From positions 1 through 42,592 of the forward strand of contig DASWQM010000196.1 of NCBI GenBank assembly GCA_036403675.1: a DNA stretch of 42,592 nucleotides, given 5' to 3'. This document shows positions 8,954 through 16,093 of the stretch, in pieces (position 1 is the stretch's first letter; the number at the start of each line of letters is the position of its first letter). The position numbers and the translations under genes are program-made. Origin of the DNA: Solirubrobacteraceae bacterium. GTDB lineage: Bacteria; Actinomycetota; Thermoleophilia; Solirubrobacterales; Solirubrobacteraceae. A model generated the notes under the pieces. The model saw only the letters and a program-made list of their open reading frames with translations. It did no database searches and had not been told where the DNA came from.

Positions 8954-9795
8954 GCGCAGCACGGACAGGAGGCGTGGTGGGCCGACCGGCTGAAGCGGCG
9001 CTCCAGCTCGCGCGGGTGGAACTCCGCGCGCCGCACGCCCAGGCGGTCGACCGAGCGCACGACCGCGAGCTCCTCGGCGCGGGGCGGTGCGACGGCCCGC
9101 AGGTCGCGGGCGACGTCGAGCTCGAAGCCGGTGGCGGCCAGCACGTGGTCGAGCTGGACGTCGGGGAACAGCTCGCGCAGCCGCAGGCGCCCGTCGGGGA
9201 AGTCGAAGACGCCGAGCTCGGTCACCATCGCGCCCGGGCCGCCGCCCGCCAGGCCGAGCTCCTTGCGCGTGCCCAGCGACGTCCGGTGGCCGAGATCGGT
9301 GATGAAGTCGCAGTCCGCGACGAGGGCCCGGCCGGAACGGTGGCGGGTCGTCCACAGCGTCAGCTCGCGGACGGTCGCCGAGAGGTTGCAGCCGCCGCCG
9401 CCGCCGCCGAGCTTGACCCGCGGCCGCGGCAGCCCCCCGACGGCGGTGACGTTCGTGTTGCCGTGGGGGTCGATCTGCGCGCCCGACAGGAACATCCGGT
9501 CAAGCTGGCCGCGCGCGGCCAGGTCGAAGAGCTCCTCGAAGCGCAGGATGTGGTCGGCGCCGCGCAGCAGCGCCCAGTCGTTGGACGTCGCCGGGATGAA
9601 CGCCGGCTCGGGGTCGAGCGCGTACGTCGATCCCTCGACGAGGACCATGTGCGGCGCGTGCGTGCGCTTGGCGACGTACATCGCCACCTGGGCGCACGGG
9701 CTGCCGAAGCCGTGGAAGACGATCTCGCCGTCGCGGATCGTGCGTGCGAGCGCGATGCAGAACCACTCGTCGATCGTGAACTCGACCGGCGTCAT
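8950..9795 (-). CDS. Family I CoA-transferase, subunit B (glutaconate/3-oxoadipate CoA-transferase beta-like)
   Basis: ATG at 9795, 281 aa: MTPVEFTIDEWFCIALARTI...MFLSGAQIDPHGNTNVT...GGGGGGCNL, which is typical of beta subunits. Confidence 0.8.
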   Translation of the reverse strand: MTPVEFTIDEWFCIALARTIRDGEIVFHGFGSPCAQVAMYVAKRTHAPHMVLVEGSTYALDPEPAFIPATSNDWALLRGADHILRFEELFDLAARGQLDRMFLSGAQIDPHGNTNVTAVGGLPRPRVKLGGGGGGCNLSATVRELTLWTTRHRSGRALVADCDFITDLGHRTSLGTRKELGLAGGGPGAMVTELGVFDFPDGRLRLRELFPDVQLDHVLAATGFELDVARDLRAVAPPRAEELAVVRSVDRLGVRRAEFHPRELERRFSRSAHHASCPCCA

Positions 9796-9850
9796 CGCGA
9801 GGACCGACCTCGCGAGTCGACGGGAGCGACGGTCGGGCGATGGCGCGCTG

Positions 9851-10774
9851 TCATGCCGACGCGAGCTCCATCCAGCGCTCGGTGGAGTCCTTCCACTCGC
9901 ACAGCCCCCGCAGGCGCTCGTCGCCGACGGCATCCAGGTACGCCGCCTCGCCGTCGCCGGTCACGTAGCGCGCGAGGTAGTCGCTGACGCCGTCGTCGCT
10001 GCCGGCGGCATCGACCCATTCGCGCAGATGCGCCCGGTCGTAGGCGTACTGCGGATAGCACGAGGTCGGGTGGGCGCCGAGCGGCGCCTCGACGACGGCG
10101 TCGACGAGGAACGACGGCAGCACGATGCCGGCCTCGGCGACCTCGTCGGCGGGCGCCAGCCGCTCGACGGTGACGATGAGCTGGCGGCTCGCGTGCGCGA
10201 AGCGCTCGTCGAGCACGAACGGGCGGCGCAGGTGGACGTTGCCGCGCCGGTCGGCGCTGAGGCCGTGGATGAGCGCGACGTCCGGCGCCAGGGCCGGCAC
10301 GGCGACGAGCCGCTGGCCCGTGAAGGGGCATGTGATCTCGCCGTACTCGGGGTGCAGCGCGAGGATCCCGGTGCCCGCGACGCCGCGCACCGGCATGAAC
10401 GGCAACCCGTACTCGGCCGCGCGCAGCTGCTGCAGCAGCGTGTAGCAGCAGGTCTCCCGGACCGCGATCAAGCCCAGCTCGGCGGCGCGGCGGTACGCGG
10501 GCGCCAGCCCGAGATCCTGCTCGAAGCCGACATAGCTCTGCTCGACCGCAGCCACCGCGCCGGCCCCGACGAGCAGGTCGACGTCGATCCCGTGGGCCGA
10601 GCCCACGAGGCGCAGGTCGCGGCGTTCCTGCCGGACGAGCTCCCGTACGAGCGCCATCGGCTCGCGGTAGGAGAGCGCGCCCCCGAGCGCGACGGTGTCG
10701 CCGTCGCGCACGAGCGCGATCGCATCGGCCAGGGTGCGCCGCTTGTCGGGCAGCATCCGCGCGCGCATCATCAC
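9851..10774 (-). CDS. Family I CoA-transferase, subunit A
   Basis: 307 aa, with ...LADAIALVRDGDTVALGG... and the rest of the alpha-subunit layout. Candidate starts GTG 10774, ATG 10771 and ATG 10768 overlap the upstream TGA (10771-10773). Confidence 0.8.
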   Translation of the reverse strand: MMMRARMLPDKRRTLADAIALVRDGDTVALGGALSYREPMALVRELVRQERRDLRLVGSAHGIDVDLLVGAGAVAAVEQSYVGFEQDLGLAPAYRRAAELGLIAVRETCCYTLLQQLRAAEYGLPFMPVRGVAGTGILALHPEYGEITCPFTGQRLVAVPALAPDVALIHGLSADRRGNVHLRRPFVLDERFAHASRQLIVTVERLAPADEVAEAGIVLPSFLVDAVVEAPLGAHPTSCYPQYAYDRAHLREWVDAAGSDDGVSDYLARYVTGDGEAAYLDAVGDERLRGLCEWKDSTERWMELASA

Positions 10775-11541
10775 TGCGCCGTCATGCCGCCGTCGGCGGC
10801 GTGGATCGAGCCGGTCAGGAAGGCGGCGTCGTCGCTGACGAGAAAGAGGGCGACGCGGGCGATCTCCTCAGGCGCCCCGAGTCGCCCGATCGGGTACTTC
10901 TCGACCGTCATCGCGATCCCGCGGTCGAGGTCGCCGTTGCCGCGCTCGGTGATCATCGTCTCCATCAGCGGTGTGAGCACCGTTCCCGGGCAGACGCAGT
11001 TGACGCGGATGCCGCGCGGTGCGAGGTCGAGCGCCATCGCGCGCGTCAGCGACACGACCGCGCCCTTGGCGGCGCAGTAGGCCGCGAAGCGGCGGATGCC
11101 GACCAGCGCCGCGACGGAGCCCTGGTTGACGATCGCGCCGCCGCCGTTGCGCTCCATCTCGGCGACGGCGTACTTCGAGCACAGCCACGTGCCCTTGACG
11201 TTGACGTCGAAGCAGCGGTCCCAGTCCTCCGCGCTGACGTCGACGACGTCCCCCGTGGCGTCCACGCCCGCGTTGTTGTAGAGCACGTCGAGCCGTCCCC
11301 AGGCGTCGACGGGCGCGCCGACGATCGCCCGCGCGCCGTCGTCGGAGCCGACGTCGCCGACGACGGCAAGCGCCTCGCCGCCGGACTGCGCGATCTCGTC
11401 GGCGACCTGCTCGGCGGCCTCCGCGCGCACGTCGGCGACGGCCACGCGGGCGCCCTCGGCCGCAAACAGCCGCGCCGCCGCGGCACCGATCCCCGAGCCG
11501 GCCCCGGTCACGATCGCCACTCTTCCGTCGAGGCGCCCCAC
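10771..11541 (-). CDS. Short-chain dehydrogenase/reductase (SDR)
   Basis: TGAGSGIG cofactor motif, NNAG, and catalytic YCAAK. I prefer the GTG at 11541 (VGRLDGRVAIVTGAG), which lies 10 nt after the upstream stop. The ATG at 11631 would overlap the upstream gene by 80 nt. Confidence 0.8.
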   Translation of the reverse strand: MGRLDGRVAIVTGAGSGIGAAAARLFAAEGARVAVADVRAEAAEQVADEIAQSGGEALAVVGDVGSDDGARAIVGAPVDAWGRLDVLYNNAGVDATGDVVDVSAEDWDRCFDVNVKGTWLCSKYAVAEMERNGGGAIVNQGSVAALVGIRRFAAYCAAKGAVVSLTRAMALDLAPRGIRVNCVCPGTVLTPLMETMITERGNGDLDRGIAMTVEKYPIGRLGAPEEIARVALFLVSDDAAFLTGSIHAADGGMTAQ

Positions 11542-11551
11542 GGCTCGGACG

Positions 11552-13123
11552 CTAGTTCGGTCCCGCCGCGCCGTGATGGGCTGCGGGAGACAAAGATCCG
11601 TCCGGACCTTGTCCGCCGTTGCCGACGACACGGGCGCGGGCGCGCTCCAGCAGCGCCTCCTCCGCCCTCGCCAGCGCCTCGCGCCGCTGCGCGACGGAGG
11701 CCGCGAGGCCCGCCGCCCCAGCGCGGTCGGCGTCGAGCATCGCCTCCATCGGAGCCTCGGCCGCCCCGCCGGTGACGGTCCGCGTGGCGATCGCGGCGCG
11801 CGGGTTCAGCGCATCGGCGATGAGCGCGGGCGAGATCGTCAGCGACCGCCCGAGCACTTCCTGCGCGGCGCCGTCGAGCGCCTGCGCGTCGAGCGCCGCC
11901 GGTCCCGCGCCGCGCTCGATCGCGACGGCGACGGCACGCCCGACGACGCGGTAGCAGGCGCGGTAGTCCAGGCCGCTCGCCAGCATGACGGCGTCGGCGA
12001 GGTCCGCGGCGCCGGCAAAGCCCTCGTACAGCGGCCGCGCGAGCGCCGGCACGTCGAGCTCGAGGTGCTCGACGACGGCCGCCGCGAGGCTCACGGCGCC
12101 GGCCGCGAGCGTCACGGACTCGGCGCAGTCGCGGTAGGCGTAGAGCAGGTTGTCGGTGCGACCCGACGGCGTGCGCTGCGTCGCGGCCAGGCCGGCGGCG
12201 CGCCCGATGAGCGTGCCGGCGGCGCCGCGGACGACCGCCAGCGCGTACGGGTTGCGCTTCTGCGGCATGAGCGCGCTGGCGCGGCAGTGCTCGGCGGCGA
12301 GGCGGATGAAGCCGAACTGCTCGCTGGCGTAGATCTCGAGGTCCTCGGCCAGGCGGCTGGCGGTCGTCGCCGCCAGCGCGGCGTGGGAGACGAGTTCGAC
12401 GAGGCCGTCCGCCTGCCACATCGCGTCGCGCGTGTGGGTGATGACCGCGTCGAAGCCGAGGTCGCGCGCGAGAGCCCGGCGGTCGACGGGGACGCGCGAG
12501 CCGTTGACGCCGCCGGCGCCCGCGGGGCTCGCGTTGACCCAGTCGAAGTCGCGCCGCAGCCGCTCGCCGTCGCGCAGCGCGGGCGCGGCGAACGACAGCA
12601 GCCAGTGGCCGGCGGTCGTCGGCTGCGCGACCTGCAAATAGGTGAAGTCGGGCATCAGCGTCCCGACGTGACGCGCGGCCTGCTCGACGAGCGCCGCTGC
12701 GAGCCGCGCGACCGCCTCCTCGAGGTCCAGCACGAGCGCCCGCAGGCCGATCCGGAAGGCGATCCGCCCAGCCTCCCGCCGCGGCCTGCCGGCCGCCAGC
12801 CAGCCGCCGGCCGCGCCGATGCGCTGCTCGAGCCAGCGCTCGCGCAGGTTGTAGAGGTCGCCGTAGCGGGCGTCGGCGAGCGTCGCCGGATCGCGTTCGC
12901 GCAGGTCCAGCAGCGCGGCCAGCAGAACCTGCTCCTGGTCGGCGGGAACCACCCCGTGCTCGCCGAGTGACAGGACGTGCGCGATGTCGGCCAGGTCCAT
13001 GCCGGCGGCCAGCAGCTCGCTGTCGGCCAGCTCGCGCTGGTAGCCGGCGGCAACGAGCTCGGGCGCGGGGCCGGCGCCGATCCGCCCGGTCGCGCCGAGG
13101 TAGCCCTCGGGCAGCTCGCTCAC
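11552..13123 (-). CDS. Aspartase/fumarase-superfamily lyase, argininosuccinate-lyase-like (candidate XcbC/XcbD-type CoM biosynthesis enzyme)
   Basis: The GTG at 13123 overlaps the upstream stop (GTGA). 523 aa, with the superfamily signature SALMPQKRNP. The 959-aa track ORF is an artefact. Confidence 0.8.
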   Translation of the reverse strand: MSELPEGYLGATGRIGAGPAPELVAAGYQRELADSELLAAGMDLADIAHVLSLGEHGVVPADQEQVLLAALLDLRERDPATLADARYGDLYNLRERWLEQRIGAAGGWLAAGRPRREAGRIAFRIGLRALVLDLEEAVARLAAALVEQAARHVGTLMPDFTYLQVAQPTTAGHWLLSFAAPALRDGERLRRDFDWVNASPAGAGGVNGSRVPVDRRALARDLGFDAVITHTRDAMWQADGLVELVSHAALAATTASRLAEDLEIYASEQFGFIRLAAEHCRASALMPQKRNPYALAVVRGAAGTLIGRAAGLAATQRTPSGRTDNLLYAYRDCAESVTLAAGAVSLAAAVVEHLELDVPALARPLYEGFAGAADLADAVMLASGLDYRACYRVVGRAVAVAIERGAGPAALDAQALDGAAQEVLGRSLTISPALIADALNPRAAIATRTVTGGAAEAPMEAMLDADRAGAAGLAASVAQRREALARAEEALLERARARVVGNGGQGPDGSLSPAAHHGAAGPN

Positions 13124-14466
13124 GGCACGCCGCCCTCCGAGAGCACGCGGTCGACGAGCGCGATCGCCGGGCTCGCCGCCGTGACCGGGTCCAGCAGCCG
13201 GTCGAGCTCCTCCGCCGTCAGCGCGGCGGCGATCGCCGGCTCGGCCGTCAGCGCCTCGCGCAGCGTGCGGCCTTCGGCCTGGCCGCGCATCGAGGCGGCG
13301 TAGACGAGCTCGTGCGCGGTGTGCTTCCCGAGGCGGTCGGTCAGCGCGCGCATGACCGGCTCGGACTGCACCCAGCCACCCTGCGCGGCGACGTTGGCCG
13401 CCATCCGCTCGGCGTCGACCTCCAGGCCCTCGACGAGGTCGATCCCGAAGTGCAGCGCGGCGGCGGTCGCCACGCAGGCCTCGGGCAGGTAGGCCCACTC
13501 GGCCTTCCAAGCGGCGCCGTCGCGCTCGTGCTCGTGGACGACCCCCTCCAGCGCGAGCCCCGCGGCGCCGCGGACGACGCGCCAGAGCGTGCCGAGATGC
13601 TCGGACAGCTCGGGGTTGCGCTTGTGCGGCATCGTGATCGAGCCGACGAGCCCGCTGCGCGTGGCCTCGGCGAGCTCGCCGATCTCCGGTCGCTGCAGCT
13701 GGTAGACCTCGCGCCCGATCTTCGCCAGCGTCCCCGTGACGAGCGCCAGCAGGGTGAGGAACTCCGCGACCCGGTCGCGCGCCGTCAGCCACGTGACGTC
13801 GGGCGCCGCCAGCCCGAGGCGCTCGCACATCCTCCCCTGCAGCTCGAGCCCCGCGTCGCCCCAGAACGAGCACGTGCCGACGGCGCCCGCGAGCTGGCCG
13901 ACGGCCAGCCGCGGGCGGGCCTGGGCGACGCGCTCGCGATGGCGGCGCACCTCGGCGACCCAGACCGCAGCCTTGAAGCCGAACGTCACCGGCAGCCCCG
14001 GCTGCCCGTGCGTGCGGCCCAGCACGACGGTCGTGCGGTGCTCGCGCGCGAGCACCAGCAGCGCCCGCTCCAGGCGCTGCAGGTCGGTGGCCGTGTCGTC
14101 CAGGACGTCGCGCATGACGATGCCGGTCCAGCTGTCGGTGACATCCTGAACCGTCGCGCCCCAGTAGACCCACTCGCGGGCCGCGGGCGACAGGCGCGCC
14201 TGCCACGCGCGGATGAGCCCGAGCGTCGAGTGGCCGCTCGCGCGCGTGCCGGCGGCGACCTCCGCGAGGTCGAAGCCGTCCACGTCGGCGGTCGCCACGA
14301 TCTCCTCCGCGGCCGCCCGCGGCACGAGGCCGAGGTCGGCCTGCGCGGCGGCGAGCGCCGCCAGGACGTCGAGCCAGGCCTGCAGGCGGCCGCGCTCGCC
14401 GAAGCGCTCGCGCGCCGCGGGCGTGCTCCACAGGTGCTCGTAGACCACCGAGTCGATGATGTGCAT
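13120..14466 (-). CDS. Aspartase/fumarase-superfamily lyase, adenylosuccinate-lyase / carboxymuconate-cycloisomerase-like (candidate XcbC/XcbD-type)
   Basis: ATG at 14466 (MHIIDSVVYEHLW), 448 aa, with the signature GSITMPHKRNP. Confidence 0.8.
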   Translation of the reverse strand: MHIIDSVVYEHLWSTPAARERFGERGRLQAWLDVLAALAAAQADLGLVPRAAAEEIVATADVDGFDLAEVAAGTRASGHSTLGLIRAWQARLSPAAREWVYWGATVQDVTDSWTGIVMRDVLDDTATDLQRLERALLVLAREHRTTVVLGRTHGQPGLPVTFGFKAAVWVAEVRRHRERVAQARPRLAVGQLAGAVGTCSFWGDAGLELQGRMCERLGLAAPDVTWLTARDRVAEFLTLLALVTGTLAKIGREVYQLQRPEIGELAEATRSGLVGSITMPHKRNPELSEHLGTLWRVVRGAAGLALEGVVHEHERDGAAWKAEWAYLPEACVATAAALHFGIDLVEGLEVDAERMAANVAAQGGWVQSEPVMRALTDRLGKHTAHELVYAASMRGQAEGRTLREALTAEPAIAAALTAEELDRLLDPVTAASPAIALVDRVLSEGGVP

Positions 14467-14471
14467 GGCGC

Positions 14472-15365
14472 TCACGACGTCGGCACCGGCGTCCAGGCCG
14501 GGACGAGGAGGTGCAGCGCCTCGCGGACCTCCTCGAGCGTCGCGCCCCACGGCACGACCACGAGCGCGCCGTCGGACTCGATGCCGCGCTCGCGCAGGCA
14601 GCACTTCACGAGCGTCGGCTCCGTGCGCTCGTCCGCGCGCACGCGCGGGCACAGCTCCACCCGGGCCGCGGGCTCGGCGCCGTACAGCTCGCTGTGGATC
14701 TGGCGCGAGCGCTCGCAGCCGAGCAGCGTCCAGCCACCGTCCGGTGGCTCGGCCGGGCCGGAATCAAGGAAGTCGACCGGGCCGGCGAGCTCGAGCCCGC
14801 CGCAGCGGCAGGGCAGCAGCCAGTGCTCGGTCGCGACCTCCGCCGCGATCTCGTTGAGGTCGATCGCCTCCAGCTCGAGCGCGACCGGGTCGAGGTCCTC
14901 GTCGTACTCGAGCACGCGCCGGGCCATGTCGAGCAGCTTCGGCGGCGCGGGCGGGACGACCTCGACGACACGGATCCGGACCGGCGCCGGCTCGACGATG
15001 AGGTTGACGTGCTGGTTGCGCCCCTCGACGACGTAGACGCGCGCCGCCTGACCGCTGGCCGCTGCCGCGCGTGCCATCTGCGTGGCGTTGCCCGTGTCGA
15101 TCTGCGGGTCGCGCACGAACGCGGTCTCCTCGGGCCCCGAGACCCAGTGGATCTCGCTGACGGGCCAGAACAGGGCGTCGCCGGCGGGCTCCTTGTCGAC
15201 CGTCACGACCGCATGGCCCTCGTCGCCCTCGGCGATCAGCACCTCCGTGCGCCGGTATACGCGCCGGTTGACGAGGTGCTCGCGAACGGCGTCCTCGGTC
15301 AGCGCCACGCCGAGGCGCTGCACGCTCACGCCGCGGTACGGCCGGCAGATCCAGTTCGGGCGCAT
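14472..15365 (-). CDS. Hypothetical protein with a Cys-rich C-terminal half; no family recognised
   Basis: 297 aa from the ATG at 15365, which shares its A with the upstream TGA. Third-position GC is high. The gene is embedded in the operon, with a 5-nt gap to the next start. Cys motifs are LLPCRCGG, LLGCERS, ELCPR and VKCCL. Confidence 0.65.
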   Translation of the reverse strand: MRPNWICRPYRGVSVQRLGVALTEDAVREHLVNRRVYRRTEVLIAEGDEGHAVVTVDKEPAGDALFWPVSEIHWVSGPEETAFVRDPQIDTGNATQMARAAAASGQAARVYVVEGRNQHVNLIVEPAPVRIRVVEVVPPAPPKLLDMARRVLEYDEDLDPVALELEAIDLNEIAAEVATEHWLLPCRCGGLELAGPVDFLDSGPAEPPDGGWTLLGCERSRQIHSELYGAEPAARVELCPRVRADERTEPTLVKCCLRERGIESDGALVVVPWGATLEEVREALHLLVPAWTPVPTS

Positions 15366-16090
15366 CACACCGCCGTCCAGGCGCCGTCGATGACGAGCAT
15401 CGCGCCGTTCATGTACGCCAGCCGGTCCCCGGCGAGCAGCGCGACGGCATCGGCGATCTCCTCGGCGACCGCGACGCGCCCGGCCGGGATCCGGGTGAGC
15501 ACGTCGGCGCGCAGCTGCGGGTCCTCGAGGCGCCAGCGCGTCATCGGCGTGTCGACGATCCCCGGGCAGATCGCGTTGGCGCGGATGCCTCGTGCGGCGT
15601 AGTCGGCCGCCAGCGAGCGCGTGAGCTGCACGACGCCGCCCTTGGACGCGGAGTAGGCGCAGCGGCCGGGGAAGGCGACGAGGCCTGCGGCGGATGCGAC
15701 GTTGACGATCGAGCCGCCGCCACGCGCGAGCATTCCCGGCAGCGCCGCGCGGCAGACGAGAAACGGGCCGGTGAGGTTGACCTCGAGGACGCGGCGCCAC
15801 TCGTCGACCGGCGTCACGTCGCACTCGGCGGCCGCCGGCGACCCCGTGATGCCGGCGACGTTGACGACGGCGTCGAGCGGGCCGAGCTCCGCCTCGGCCC
15901 GGCCGACCGCGCGCTCGACGGCGTCGGCGTCGGTGACGTCCGCCGTGAGCGCGAGCGCGTCGAGATCGCGCAGGCGCGCGCCGTCGAGGTCGAGCGCGGC
16001 CACTGCCGTGCCGCCGGCCAGCAGGCGCTCGACGCAGGCGCGCCCGATGCCCGACGCGGCTCCGGTGACGAACGCGACCGCCGGCGTCAC
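15365..16090 (-). CDS. SDR with the 2-(R)-hydroxypropyl-CoM dehydrogenase-like residue pattern
   Basis: 241 aa, GTG start at 16090. TGAASGIG cofactor motif. Ser lies at Tyr-13 and the catalytic motif is YSASK. Arg lies at Tyr-3 (GRCAY) and at Tyr+41 (TPMTRWR), the same spacing I recall for S142/R152/Y155/K159/R196 of Xanthobacter R-HPCDH. Confidence 0.75.
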   Translation of the reverse strand: MTPAVAFVTGAASGIGRACVERLLAGGTAVAALDLDGARLRDLDALALTADVTDADAVERAVGRAEAELGPLDAVVNVAGITGSPAAAECDVTPVDEWRRVLEVNLTGPFLVCRAALPGMLARGGGSIVNVASAAGLVAFPGRCAYSASKGGVVQLTRSLAADYAARGIRANAICPGIVDTPMTRWRLEDPQLRADVLTRIPAGRVAVAEEIADAVALLAGDRLAYMNGAMLVIDGAWTAV

Positions 16091-16093
16091 GCC

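Noticed and set aside
7361-11080. A 1239-aa plus-strand ORF, and many other Arg/Ala/Pro-rich ORFs throughout the track (e.g. 336-995, 1744-3951, 3692-5950, 12967-15036, 30821-33028, 40339-42456).
   Set aside because: These have low-complexity R/A/P/G composition typical of off-frame translation of GC-rich coding DNA. I recognise no family in any of them, and each overlaps a well-supported homologue on the other strand or in another frame.
10771-11631. The ATG at 11631 as the start of the first SDR.
   Set aside because: It would add about 30 residues before the Rossmann strand and overlap the upstream lyase gene by 80 nt. The GTG at 11541 gives the canonical short N-terminus. This remains a judgement call.
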